From NCBI GenBank assembly GCA_003233115.1, contig QIKV01000061.1, forward strand, positions 889 to 64,888: 64,000 nt of DNA, in the 5' to 3' direction. Position 1 is the first letter of the stretch. Each line of letters opens with the position of its first letter. Below are positions 1 through 9,720 of the stretch, in pieces. The stretch is from Oceanospirillales bacterium (lineage in GTDB: Bacteria > Pseudomonadota > Gammaproteobacteria > Xanthomonadales > SZUA-36). The notes beneath the pieces were generated by a model. The model searched no databases. It had not been told where the DNA came from and saw only the letters and a list, made by a program, of their open reading frames with translations. The position numbers were made by a program, and so were the translations under genes.

Positions 1-90
1 AGCGTGGTTTATTGCAAGGTTATTCAAAAACCGTAAGCGGCTTGAAGGAGGCGGGAACTGAGTCGCCGTTTAACAGTTCTTATACATTAG

Positions 91-127
91 AAACAGGCCC
101 TGAAGATGTCAGGGCCTGTTTATTTTT
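91..127 (+). terminator. Rho-independent terminator-like hairpin
   Basis: aaacaggccctga-agat-gtcagggcctgttt forms a perfect GC-rich stem, followed by tattttt. It lies between an upstream plus-strand gene end and the 3' end of the minus-strand gene at 198. Confidence 0.7.
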
Positions 128-197
128 AGCGGTAGTAGTTACATGATTTTCGCCGCAATTTGTCACCAAACAGCGGCAAACCGCTACCTTTTCTGAC

Positions 198-935
198 TTA
201 ACCCAACTCGTGTTTAACGGCGTCCAGCCAGTGTTTCTGGCTTTTGCGGAAATGGGGGGGTGCCAGTTTCGCGTCGTTGAGGATGGATTCCAATTCATCA
301 TTTGCTGCCCGCTCTTTGCCGCCAGCCTTTAGACACATGGCCAGGCGGTAACGGGCTTCCACACCAGGAAAATAACCGGAGACGGCCGAATATTCGCGCA
401 CTGCCTTGTCTGTTTGCCCATCGGTTTCCAGGCACCGTGCATAAAGCAAGTGGCCTTCGGCGTTGCGGAAATCAGGGTTGTTTTCCCGCAGGGTCTCCAG
501 GGACTTGATGGCTTCAGCCGGGTTATCCTGTTCAAACTGGATACGGGCTTTGGTCAGCAGCAGTGTGGGTTCTGTCGCAAACAGTCCTTTGAGGGCCCCG
601 TTGACTATCTCTTTGGCCTCAACAGTTTTACCGGCATCCAGCAGGGCCTCGGCGTAACGGCGGCCATTGTCGACGTTGGGGGATTGCTCCCAGGCTGCCT
701 CGTGGTGTCTTAAATCAGCGCCTGGATTGAGTGTCTTTTTAACATTCCTGACTGCGCGCTGGCCGGTGATGCTGCTGGAAAACTCCGGCAGCACCTCAAT
801 CACCAGGTAAGCAAGGCCGCCGATCATTGGCAAAAACAATAGCAATAAAATCCAGTAACGGCTGCGGTCGGTTTTGAGCACGTGAATGATAAGGGCCAGT
901 TGAACCAGCCAGATAAGAATAGAGTATTTGGACAC
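198..935 (-). CDS. Membrane protein with a PLD-nuclease N-terminal-like (PLDc_N) double-TM region and TPR-like repeats
   Basis: N-terminus is SILIWLVQLALIIHVLKTDRSRYWILLLLFLPMIGGLAYLVIEVLPEF, typical of the cardiolipin-synthase-N-like small TM domain. The remainder is helical and TPR-like. Confidence 0.6.
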   Translation of the reverse strand: MSKYSILIWLVQLALIIHVLKTDRSRYWILLLLFLPMIGGLAYLVIEVLPEFSSSITGQRAVRNVKKTLNPGADLRHHEAAWEQSPNVDNGRRYAEALLDAGKTVEAKEIVNGALKGLFATEPTLLLTKARIQFEQDNPAEAIKSLETLRENNPDFRNAEGHLLYARCLETDGQTDKAVREYSAVSGYFPGVEARYRLAMCLKAGGKERAANDELESILNDAKLAPPHFRKSQKHWLDAVKHELG

Positions 936-943
936 GTCCCTGG

Positions 944-2233
944 TTATTCCGGCAATCCCAGGTCGTCAATCATTGCTCTCAGGAAGCGTGCTGCTTCGCC
1001 GCCGGTACAGGCACGGTGATCGAAGGTCAGTGAAAGCGGGATGATGCGATGGACTTCGAAGCCACCCAGTACCGGTACGACTTCATTGCGGGCTTTGCCG
1101 GCGGCGATAATTGACACACACGGGGGTGTGATCACCGGGGTGGCATAGCGGCCAGCGAACATGCCAAAATTTGACAGCATGATGGTGTAGTTTTTCAGGT
1201 CAGCCGGGGGAATGGAGCGGTTTTCAACGTTGTGCTTCAAGCGCGTCAGGGCAGTGCGGATATCTGCGGCAGAACCTGCGTGAATGTTGCGTAGTGCCGC
1301 AGCGAACAGGCCGTCAGGTGTATCTACAGCCATGCCCACATCCATACCTTTGTGAATCATGCGCATGTTTTGTGCTGCATCGTACCAGGCGTTCAAGCCG
1401 GGTTCAGCCAGGGCACCGGCCCAGATGGAACGCAGCAGGCGCACGGTCATATCCTGGCCGAAGGACCAAAGGTGTATATCGGCGTCGTCCATCAGGGACG
1501 TCGGCACAACCTGGGCATGTGATTCCGCCATCACCCTGGCCATGGTGCGGCGTGTGCCGCGGATGGGTTCCCACGCGCCGCTGGGTGGCTTTGCCCGTAC
1601 CGGTACAGGTGCAGCACCAGCACCAGCACCAGGAACTGTGGCCGGGGGTTTGCGGGCAGATGGCGTAAGCTGCGCCGGAGGATGACTGGCCGCATTTTCA
1701 ACATCGGCCCGGGTGACGACATTGCCCGTGCCTGAAGGAGCGACAGTGGCGAGGTCCACCCTGAGCTTGCGTGCCAGGGCGCGCACGGCCGGTGTGACCT
1801 TTACACCACCCACGCTCGCCAGGGCATCACTGACAAGCGTGTCAGATGCCTCCATCTTGCCAACCACGGTACCCGCATCCGCAGTCGTTGGGGTGTGTTT
1901 GGTCGCACCTTCCCTGTCGGCCTCAGCCGTTGCCGCACTGGTATCTTCGGGTGTCGCTGGTTCGTCGCCGGTGCCGTCTTCAACGTTACCGGCCCCGCCT
2001 TTAACTTCAAAACCCGCCAGCGGTTTGCCGGTTTCTATGATATCTCCAGCCTGTCCATAGAGCTTGCCTACTGTGCCAGTATAAGGGCTGGGCACCTCCA
2101 CCACGGCCTTGGCTGTTTCCATCGAAACCAGTGCATCGTCGAGTTGTATATCATCACCTTCGGCCACGTGCCATTCAATGATCTCCGCGTCGGGGAGGCC
2201 TTCGCCGAGATCGGGCAGGTTGAATATTTTCAT
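944..2233 (-). CDS. 2-oxoacid dehydrogenase E2 (dihydrolipoamide acyltransferase), BCKDH/acetoin-type
   Basis: N-terminal lipoyl domain (LPDLGEGLPDAEIIEWHV...METAKA), Ala/Pro-rich linkers, E3-binding motif (TPAVRALARKL) and C-terminal catalytic DHRACTGGEAARFL. Confidence 0.9.
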   Translation of the reverse strand: MKIFNLPDLGEGLPDAEIIEWHVAEGDDIQLDDALVSMETAKAVVEVPSPYTGTVGKLYGQAGDIIETGKPLAGFEVKGGAGNVEDGTGDEPATPEDTSAATAEADREGATKHTPTTADAGTVVGKMEASDTLVSDALASVGGVKVTPAVRALARKLRVDLATVAPSGTGNVVTRADVENAASHPPAQLTPSARKPPATVPGAGAGAAPVPVRAKPPSGAWEPIRGTRRTMARVMAESHAQVVPTSLMDDADIHLWSFGQDMTVRLLRSIWAGALAEPGLNAWYDAAQNMRMIHKGMDVGMAVDTPDGLFAAALRNIHAGSAADIRTALTRLKHNVENRSIPPADLKNYTIMLSNFGMFAGRYATPVITPPCVSIIAAGKARNEVVPVLGGFEVHRIIPLSLTFDHRACTGGEAARFLRAMIDDLGLPE

Positions 2234-3213
2234 GAGACCTCCATGACCTCAGCAACAGCGTTCAAAATACGTTCGACACCGGGCATATACTTCATTTCCA
2301 TTTTATACAGGGGCATGATGGAGTCATAGCCGGTAACCCGCTTGACGGGTGCGTGCAAGGCATAAATGGCTGTATCCGCAAGCCCTGCGGCGATCTCGGC
2401 ACCTACGCCGCACATGCGTGCAGCCTCGTGGATGATGACGCAGCGGCCGGTTTTTTCCACCGATTCAACAATGGTCTCCATATCCAGTGGGCTGACGGTT
2501 GCCACATCGATCACTTCGGCACTGATACCCTGTGCAGCCAGCTTGTCAGCAGCCTCCAGAGTTTCCTTGACCATTGAGCCCCAGGTTACCAGCGTAATGT
2601 CAGTACCGTCGCGCAGTACATAACAGACATCCAGCGGTAAATCCTCACCGTTGTCCTCTACTTCTTCTTTGTTGAGTCGATATATCCGTTTTGGTTCCAG
2701 AAATATAACCGGGTCCGGGTCACGAATGGCAGCCAGCAACAGGCCGTAGGCCCGCGCCGGTGAAGACGGAATAACCACCCTGACGCCTGGTATATGCGCA
2801 AATATTGCCTCGGTGCTTTCAGAGTGCAGTTCAGGGGCGTGGATACCGCCGCCAAAAGGTGCCCGTAAAACCAAAGGACATGAAAGCCTGCCCCGCGTAC
2901 GGTGCCGCATCCTGGAGGCGTGGCAGATGATCTGTTCCACCATGGGGTAAATGAACCCCATGAACTGTGCTTCGATAACCGGTCTCATGCCTTGTGCCGA
3001 CATACCTACTGCCAGCCCGGCGATCATACCCTCGGCCAGGGGTGTGTCGATGACGCGCTGGTCACCAAATCTCTCTTCGAGGCCGCTGGTGGCTCTGAAC
3101 ACGCCGCCGTTGATGCCGACGTCCTCGCCCATGACGACCACCGAATTATCGTTTGCCATTTCCCACGACAGTGCCAGGGATATGGCTTCCACCATCGCAA
3201 CACCGGTCATCAA
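2230..3213 (-). CDS. 2-oxoacid dehydrogenase E1 component, beta subunit
   Basis: Transketolase-like pyrimidine-binding and C-terminal domains (VIDTPLAEGMIAGLAVGMS..., FLEPKRIY). 4-nt overlaps with E1 alpha and E2. Confidence 0.9.
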   Translation of the reverse strand: MMTGVAMVEAISLALSWEMANDNSVVVMGEDVGINGGVFRATSGLEERFGDQRVIDTPLAEGMIAGLAVGMSAQGMRPVIEAQFMGFIYPMVEQIICHASRMRHRTRGRLSCPLVLRAPFGGGIHAPELHSESTEAIFAHIPGVRVVIPSSPARAYGLLLAAIRDPDPVIFLEPKRIYRLNKEEVEDNGEDLPLDVCYVLRDGTDITLVTWGSMVKETLEAADKLAAQGISAEVIDVATVSPLDMETIVESVEKTGRCVIIHEAARMCGVGAEIAAGLADTAIYALHAPVKRVTGYDSIMPLYKMEMKYMPGVERILNAVAEVMEVS

Positions 3214-4283
3214 CTCAACTCCTGCAGTGCCCGGGCACGCTGCGCTGCAAGCTCTGCCGGCATGTTTTCGAACAGGTAGTCAAACATGCTCGCAATACCG
3301 GGGTCATCCGTAGCAAGATATTCTTTAACTGCTGCTGCCACTTCGTTGCCGGCTTGCTGCAGCAGTTCCTGTTCTTTCTTATCGTTCCATACACCCTGAT
3401 CTTTAAGGTACCTGCGCAGACGCTTGATGGGTTCCATTTGCCAGGCATGCTCCACTTCCTCTTCGCTCCGATAGCGGCGGGCATCGTCTGCTGTCGTATG
3501 GTCGGTCAGCCGGTAAGTGATCATTTCAATGACCGTTGGCCCACCCCCTTCGCGTGCCTGTTCGATGGCCTTTTCCATTGCCCAGCGGCAGGCAATGATG
3601 TCATTACCGTCGACCTGTATGGACACCAAGCCACCGGCGATACCTTTTTGTGCCAGTGTCTTGGCTGAATTCTGCTTGCTGCGCGGCACGGAAATCGCCC
3701 ACTGGTTGTTGATGATGGCCAGCACCAGTGGTAATTGAAAAGCACTGGCCGCGTTGATGGCCTCGAGAAAGTCCCCCTTGGAACTGCCGCCATCGCCAAC
3801 CTGCGAAACAGCGACACGTTTTTCACCCCGAAGCTTGAATGCCAGTGCCGCGCCTGCTGCGTGCATACATTGCGTGGCAATCGGTACGCACCAGGCGAAG
3901 TCATGTCTGGGGCCGGAAAAATCACTGCCGCGTTCATCCCCACCCCAGTATTTAAGCACCTCTGCCATTTTGACGCCCCGGCAAAATTGCGCACCGTACT
4001 CCCGGTATGAAGGCGCATAACAATCTTCCGGGCGCATCGCACTCCCCATGGAAATGTGGGCTGCTTCATGGCCGAGGCAGGAGGCATAGGTCCCCATTTT
4101 TCCGGTACGCTGCAGGGCCACCGCTTTTTTGTCAAAAATTCGTGTAGTAACCATCAATCGGTATAAAGACTGAAGCTCATCCCAATCAGTAGCCAAGGGC
4201 GGTGCGTCTTCAGATACCAGCCGGCCATCCGGTGACAGGAACTGATAAAAATCAATTTTGAATGAGGCAATGGTTGCCGGCAT
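3210..4283 (-). CDS. 2-oxoacid dehydrogenase E1 component, alpha subunit (TPP-dependent)
   Basis: TPP-binding GDGGSSKGDF...NNQWAIS motif. I chose the internal ATG at 4283 (MPATIASF...) because GAGGA lies 7 nt upstream. The track ORF extends to 4373. Confidence 0.85.
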   Translation of the reverse strand: MPATIASFKIDFYQFLSPDGRLVSEDAPPLATDWDELQSLYRLMVTTRIFDKKAVALQRTGKMGTYASCLGHEAAHISMGSAMRPEDCYAPSYREYGAQFCRGVKMAEVLKYWGGDERGSDFSGPRHDFAWCVPIATQCMHAAGAALAFKLRGEKRVAVSQVGDGGSSKGDFLEAINAASAFQLPLVLAIINNQWAISVPRSKQNSAKTLAQKGIAGGLVSIQVDGNDIIACRWAMEKAIEQAREGGGPTVIEMITYRLTDHTTADDARRYRSEEEVEHAWQMEPIKRLRRYLKDQGVWNDKKEQELLQQAGNEVAAAVKEYLATDDPGIASMFDYLFENMPAELAAQRARALQELS

Positions 4284-4609
4284 GGAAAAATCCTCAACGG
4301 AAAACTGTCTGGAAAAGCCCCTTATTATACTTCGATACGGGCTTTTGAAGAACCCACTCACTCCGGCAGGCAAAAACCCAGCCGGAGTACCAGTTTTCGC
4401 GGTACCACCCGGCGCTTGAAATACACGGCAACGGCCTGCATAAAAACCTTTACAATTAGCCCGAACGTTTCACCTAAGACGGAACACAACATGAAATATC
4501 TACCGTTCAATCAAAAAATCAAGTGAGTGCTGGCTTGTTTGTGTCGATTACAGTTAGGTCCTATCCGGTGAAAAGTTCGGGTTAGAATTCCTATGGAGTA
4601 TTCCAAGTC

Positions 4610-5596
4610 ATGAAACTCGCATCTCTGAAAACTGGCGGCCGCGATGGCAGCCTGATCGTTGTCAGTCGTGATCTTGCGCGCTACGTGTCAGCGGCTGATA
4701 TTGCACCCACTTTACAATTTTCACTGGATAATTGGCAGCAAACGGCGCCCAGGCTGAATGCCCTTTATGCCGAACTGAACCAGGGTCTGTGCGGCGATAT
4801 TCGGGCGCTTGAAGTTACAGCGCTGGCCGCTCCGTTGCCGAGGGCCTATGAGTTTCTTGACGGCAGTGCGTATCTGCCGCATGTAGAACGGGTTCGCCGC
4901 GCTCGCGGTGCCGAGGTACCGGAGTCTTTTTACGTCGACCCCCTGATGTACCAGGCCACCTCAGCCGGTTTCCTGGGTCCGCGTGATGCGGTGCCTGTGA
5001 CCAGCGAAGAATATGGGATCGATTTTGAATCCGAGATAATTGTTATTACCGATGACGTACCGATGGCGGTTACGCCGGAACAGGCAGAACGACATATCCA
5101 GTTGATCGGCCTGATCAATGATGTGAGCTTGCGCAACCTGATTCCCGGTGAACTGGCCAAGGGTTTTGGTTTCCTGCAATCCAAACCCCGTTCAGCACTT
5201 TCACCGGTGCTGGTCAGCCCGGATGAGCTTGGTGGAGCCTGGCGGGACAACAAGTTGTCACTGCCGTTGCACAGCACGCTTAATGGTGCATTCTTCGGCA
5301 GACCGGAAGCGGGTGTGGACATGCAGTTCAATTTTGCCCAATTGGTGGCGCATGCAGCTTATACCCGGCCACTGACTGCCGGCACCATTATGGGTTCAGG
5401 GACGATCGCCAATGAAGATACCAGCCTCGGTGCATCCTGCCTGGCTGAAATCCGCATGTTAGAAATTATTGCAGACGGCAAACCCTCCACACCGTTCATG
5501 AAGTTTGGTGACACAATTCGCGTCGAGATGTTTGACCAGCAGGGGGATTCAATTTTCGGTGCGATTGAGCAGACAATCGTGCGCTATGCCAGTTAG
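4610..5596 (+). CDS. Fumarylacetoacetate hydrolase (FAH) family protein
   Basis: 328 aa with the bacterial FAH-family layout (…FLDGSAYLPHVE…, C-terminal beta-roll region). Overlaps the following maleylacetoacetate isomerase gene. Confidence 0.8.
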   Translation: MKLASLKTGGRDGSLIVVSRDLARYVSAADIAPTLQFSLDNWQQTAPRLNALYAELNQGLCGDIRALEVTALAAPLPRAYEFLDGSAYLPHVERVRRARGAEVPESFYVDPLMYQATSAGFLGPRDAVPVTSEEYGIDFESEIIVITDDVPMAVTPEQAERHIQLIGLINDVSLRNLIPGELAKGFGFLQSKPRSALSPVLVSPDELGGAWRDNKLSLPLHSTLNGAFFGRPEAGVDMQFNFAQLVAHAAYTRPLTAGTIMGSGTIANEDTSLGASCLAEIRMLEIIADGKPSTPFMKFGDTIRVEMFDQQGDSIFGAIEQTIVRYAS

Positions 5597-6281
5597 TGAG
5601 AATACCGGGAGGCAGGCTGAGTTGGGAAACCAACTGACACTCTACAGCTATTGGCGCAGTTCGGCTGCCTACCGGGTGCGTATTGCTTTAAACCTGAAAG
5701 GTTTGTCCTGCCACATGAAACCGGTACACCTGGTCAGGCTGGGTGGTGAACAGCACAGCGAGGCATTCCGGGCCATCAACCCGCAAGGCCTGGTGCCGGT
5801 ACTGGAGCATAAGGGCCATGTGGTAACCCAGTCGCTGGCTATTTGCGAATACCTGGACGAGTGTTTTGAGCACTACCCGCTCCTGCCTCCAGCGTCGCTC
5901 AAGCGTGCCCGCATCCGGTCCATGGCTTTGCAGGTTGCCTGTGATATCCATCCGTTGAATAACCTCAGGGTAACGCAGTATTTGCAGGATAAGTTTGGTG
6001 CCGGCATGAATATTCCTGAGTGGATGTCGCACTGGATAGTGGAAGGATTCAATGCAATTGAACGGCAGCTCAATGGTCATGGCGACCGTGCCCGGGTTTA
6101 CCCGGCTGGTAAGGCGGGTCTGTTCGAATGTTTTTTAGTGCCACAGGTGTACAATGCGGAACGCTTTGGCACAGACTTATCGGCTTTCCCGGGGATTCGG
6201 CATTTAACTGCGGAGTGTAGAAAGTTGCCGGCTTTTATCGATGCTGCTCCAGAGAGGCAGGCGGATGCGGAGGAGGCTTGA
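5586..6281 (+). CDS. maiA: Maleylacetoacetate isomerase (GST zeta class)
   Basis: LTLYSYWRSSAAYRVRIALNLKGL...INPQGLVPVL is the zeta-GST signature (SSxxxRVRIAL). I chose the start at ATG 5586, which overlaps the FAH stop. The track ORF starts at 5505. Confidence 0.85.
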   Translation: MPVSENTGRQAELGNQLTLYSYWRSSAAYRVRIALNLKGLSCHMKPVHLVRLGGEQHSEAFRAINPQGLVPVLEHKGHVVTQSLAICEYLDECFEHYPLLPPASLKRARIRSMALQVACDIHPLNNLRVTQYLQDKFGAGMNIPEWMSHWIVEGFNAIERQLNGHGDRARVYPAGKAGLFECFLVPQVYNAERFGTDLSAFPGIRHLTAECRKLPAFIDAAPERQADAEEA

Positions 6282-6353
6282 CTCAAACAATGGTTCAACC
6301 TTGGCCACTGTTCAGTCATAATCACCCAGCTTAAGAATCCAGGTAATCGTTTC

Positions 6354-6719
6354 ATGAAACTCATTTTAGCAACAGTAATTTTATTGGCGTTAGTTGCATG
6401 CACGTCGGTTCGCCCTGGTCCGGACGCATTCGCGTCGGCTGAAACATCCATAGCGGCAGCGGTGAAGGCGGGCGGCGATGAATTCGCCCCGGTTGAAATG
6501 CGCTTTGCCCGTGAGAAGCTTGAAAGTGCGCAGGAAGGCATGGATAAGCAGCAATATGAAGTCGCCCTGTACCTGGTGGAACAATCAGAAATTAATTCAG
6601 AACTGGCTATCGAGAAAACCCGCGCAGCCAAGTCGCGCAGGCGTGTAAATGAACTGCGCAAAAGTAATGAAGAGCTTGAAAATAAATTACGCGAAACATT
6701 TGGAGGTGAATTCAAATGA
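6354..6719 (+). CDS. DUF4398-type lipoprotein
   Basis: Signal peptide with lipobox LLALVAC, followed by a helical region of the kind found upstream of OmpA-like partners. Confidence 0.65.
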   Translation: MKLILATVILLALVACTSVRPGPDAFASAETSIAAAVKAGGDEFAPVEMRFAREKLESAQEGMDKQQYEVALYLVEQSEINSELAIEKTRAAKSRRRVNELRKSNEELENKLRETFGGEFK

Positions 6720-7714
6720 ACCTGTCGCTGAAACAGTCGCTGAAACAATTTTCACTGGTAATTTTGCTGGCCATTCTTGGTGCCTGTGCAGCCACGCCTA
6801 AAAAGGATCTGGCGCTGGAACGTGTGCGCGACGACCTGAACAAGCTGAAGTCCAACCCTGAACTGGCCGGTTATGCCCCACTGGCGCTCGGGGAGGCAGA
6901 ACGCGCGTTGCGGATTGCTGAACAGGCTGCTGGCAATGAGACCTATCGATTTCACCTGGTTTACATGGCTGATCGGCGCATCCAGATTGCCAGGGCGATG
7001 GCGGAGCGGGCACAAAATGAAAAAATCCGCAATAAACTGGAAGACCAGCGCAGTGCTATGTTAATCAAGGCCAGCCAACTGGAAGCAGCCCGCGCCCGGG
7101 AGGAAGCGGAGCGCGCCCGGTTGCTGGTGGCCACAACGGCTGAAGAGATGCAACGCGCACGCGCGGAAAAAGAGAGCGCCCTGGCGAAAGAAGCTAAATC
7201 AGCCCGTGCTGCCAAGCTGGCAACAGAAGAAGCTCAGCAGGCGCGGCGGTTGGCCGAGTCCCGTGCTTCAGAAGCAGATTTTGCACGCCGGGAAGCAGAC
7301 CTCGCCGGCGAGCAGATCACCTCACTGACACGCCAACTTGAGAACCTGCAATTGAGGAAAACCGAAAGTGGGGTGGTGGTGACGCTGGGCGATGTACTGT
7401 TTGCTTCCGGCCAGACCTCATTGGTCGAAGGTGCACGCTCCAGCCTGGAGGAGGTTGTTGACCTGTTGCAGACCGAACCCGAAAAGAAGATAAGGGTTGA
7501 GGGCCATACCGATTCGAGCGGTGATGCTGAAACCAATAAAGAGCTGTCACAGAAGCGTGCTGATGCCGTTCGTCATGCCTTGATTGACCTGGGTGTTGCA
7601 GCGGATCGTATTACGGCAATCGGGATGGGTGAAGACTTTCCCATTGCCAGCAATGAGGACGAAACGGGGCGGGCACGCAATCGCCGGGTGGATGTTGTCT
7701 TGCTGGATAATTAG
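6716..7714 (+). CDS. OmpA-family peptidoglycan-binding lipoprotein with a long coiled-coil
   Basis: Lipobox LAILGAC, an Ala/Arg/Glu-rich coiled-coil, and a C-terminal OmpA_C domain (GHTDSSGDAETNKELSQKRADAV...NRRVDVVLL). 4-nt overlap with the upstream gene. Confidence 0.85.
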   Translation: MNLSLKQSLKQFSLVILLAILGACAATPKKDLALERVRDDLNKLKSNPELAGYAPLALGEAERALRIAEQAAGNETYRFHLVYMADRRIQIARAMAERAQNEKIRNKLEDQRSAMLIKASQLEAARAREEAERARLLVATTAEEMQRARAEKESALAKEAKSARAAKLATEEAQQARRLAESRASEADFARREADLAGEQITSLTRQLENLQLRKTESGVVVTLGDVLFASGQTSLVEGARSSLEEVVDLLQTEPEKKIRVEGHTDSSGDAETNKELSQKRADAVRHALIDLGVAADRITAIGMGEDFPIASNEDETGRARNRRVDVVLLDN

Positions 7715-8029
7715 AATAAATATACACGAAATAATATTCATGTATATATGTTCTAACAAAACTAACTGTGACTTGCCAGCGCACATACTTTGCGCTAATG
7801 TAAGCTTATCGCTATGGCTATATTCAGATTTTCAATAGGAATTTGCGACTAGTGGCAGTGAGGGCCTCATGCCTGTCGCTGTACATTTCTGATATTTGTT
7901 GTTACCTATCCCTTGTTTCTCAAACCCGTTATTCCGCATTGATTAAGTCTTCAACAGTGCCTCGCGCGCAGGCTGAATTTTTGATTGTCCCCGTTTTGCG
8001 TGAGACCCAACCCGTACAGGAGTAAAGTT

Positions 8030-8245
8030 ATGTTCGAACACCGTCAGGATAAAATGGATTCTATGATGAAAGAAAGCGAAGATTTTCGCCGGATTTACAA
8101 TCGCCACCAGGAGTTGGATAAGCGTGTCACCGCAGCTGAGCTTGGCACCGCTCCAATGGACGATCTTGCATTGAATCAGCTAAAAAAAGAAAAGCTGTGG
8201 GCAAAAGACAGACTGGCCAACCTGATGGACGCCACTCCAGCCTGA
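8030..8245 (+). CDS. DUF465/YdcH-family small protein
   Basis: FRRIYNRHQELDKRV...LKKEKLWAKDRL pattern. AGGAG lies 8 nt upstream of ATG 8030. Confidence 0.7.
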   Translation: MFEHRQDKMDSMMKESEDFRRIYNRHQELDKRVTAAELGTAPMDDLALNQLKKEKLWAKDRLANLMDATPA

Positions 8246-8282
8246 GAACCAACCTGAAATATTTGGCAAAATGAAATAAAGT

Positions 8283-8313
8283 ACGGCCGGGAACCCACCC
8301 GGCCGTTTTTTTT
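8283..8313 (+). terminator. Rho-independent terminator
   Basis: acggccggg-aaccca-cccggccgt is a 9-bp stem followed by a T8 run. It ends 18 nt before the CBS start codon. Confidence 0.8.
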
Positions 8314-8330
8314 ACCTGGAGTTTTTCTTC

Positions 8331-9704
8331 ATGCAAGTTTATGACTCAGTTCTCGACCTGATCGGGAATACACCCATCATACGTATCAACCACCTTGACG
8401 TAGGCCTCTGTACGCTTTACATCAAACTGGAAAGCCAGAATCCAGGCGGCTCTGTCAAGGACAGGATTGGTTTGAAAATGATAGACGATGCTGAGAAGGC
8501 CGGCTTGATCAGCCCGGGGACGACACTGGTCGAAGGCACTGCGGGTAATACCGGCCTTGGGCTGGCCCTGGTCGCGGCACAAAAAGGTTATCACCTTGTG
8601 CTGGTTATTCCGGATAAAATGAGCAGGGAAAAAATCTCCAACCTGAAAGCCATGGGGGCTGAGGTTGTTCTGACACGCTCCGATGTAGCCAAGGGGCATC
8701 CCGAGTACTACCAGGACCTGGCACAGTCCATGGCCAATGAGATTGAGGGTGCATTCTTCATTAATCAGTTTGGCAACCCCTCAAACCCCCAGGCACATGA
8801 AGAAATTACCGGCCCGGAAATCTGGGAGCAGATGGAACATGACCTGGATGCTATCGTACTGGGTGTAGGTTCCAGCGGTACCGTCACCGGTTTATCACAT
8901 TATTTCGAACAGGCTGCACCCGAACTGGAGCTGATTCTGGCCGACCCGGTGGGATCAATACTGGCCGAATATATCAACGATGGCGTGTTATCCGACAAGA
9001 GCTCAAGCTGGCTGGTTGAGGGCATCGGTGAAGATTTTCTGCCCACCATCAGTGATTTCACGCGCATTACAAAGGCCTATGCCATCAGCGATAAAGAAAG
9101 CATGCTGGTGGGCAGGGAATTGCTGAAAAAAGAGGGCATACTGGCCGGCTCATCCAGCGGAACTTTGCTCGCTGCAGCACTAAAATATTGTCGCCAGCAG
9201 ACGCAGCCGAAAAAGGTGCTCACCCTGGCTGCTGACACGGGAAATCGTTACCTTTCCAAGATGTACAACGATTTCTGGATGCGTGATCAGGGCTTTATCG
9301 AAACCGAGCAACATGGCGACCTGCGCGATCTGATCGCGCGGCCATTTGAATCCAACGACACCATTACGGTCGGTCCGGATGAACCGTTGGCCAACGCGTA
9401 CAGCCGCATGAAACTATACGATGTTTCGCAGCTACCGGTCATTCAGGAACGAAAAATCGTCGGGTTTGTAGACGAATCAGATTTGTTGCTGGCCGTTGCC
9501 CATTCAAATGATGCCTTTAACCAGCCGGTCAGCACGGCCATGGTGACCGAGCTTGCCTCGGTGGATGTGAATGACTCCGTGACGGAACTGATGCCTATTT
9601 TTCACAAAGACTATATTGCCATAGTGAAAGACGGCGAACAGTTTCTGGGTCTGATTACGCGGGTGGATTTACTCAATTATCTGCGCCGTAAAGCGGATTG
9701 CTAA
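8331..9704 (+). CDS. Cystathionine beta-synthase (PLP domain plus tandem CBS domains)
   Basis: CysK/CBS fold (SVKDRIGLKMI, GTAGNTGLGLA, GSSGT) plus a C-terminal pair of CBS domains. 457 aa. Confidence 0.85.
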   Translation: MQVYDSVLDLIGNTPIIRINHLDVGLCTLYIKLESQNPGGSVKDRIGLKMIDDAEKAGLISPGTTLVEGTAGNTGLGLALVAAQKGYHLVLVIPDKMSREKISNLKAMGAEVVLTRSDVAKGHPEYYQDLAQSMANEIEGAFFINQFGNPSNPQAHEEITGPEIWEQMEHDLDAIVLGVGSSGTVTGLSHYFEQAAPELELILADPVGSILAEYINDGVLSDKSSSWLVEGIGEDFLPTISDFTRITKAYAISDKESMLVGRELLKKEGILAGSSSGTLLAAALKYCRQQTQPKKVLTLAADTGNRYLSKMYNDFWMRDQGFIETEQHGDLRDLIARPFESNDTITVGPDEPLANAYSRMKLYDVSQLPVIQERKIVGFVDESDLLLAVAHSNDAFNQPVSTAMVTELASVDVNDSVTELMPIFHKDYIAIVKDGEQFLGLITRVDLLNYLRRKADC

Positions 9705-9720
9705 GCAGGGAAATGTTGCT

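Noticed and set aside
944-4283. Absence of an E3 (lipoamide dehydrogenase) gene after E1 alpha/E1 beta/E2, considered as a possible anomaly.
   Set aside because: Sharing of a single lpd gene encoded elsewhere is common for 2-oxoacid dehydrogenase operons. This is not informative without the rest of the genome.
4284-4609. 326-nt divergent intergenic region between the E1 alpha and FAH genes, and the AT-rich 7715-8029 gap, inspected for sRNAs, riboswitches or small genes.
   Set aside because: Only trivial micro-ORFs and weak AT-rich hairpins were found, with nothing beyond ordinary promoter regions that I could support by eye.
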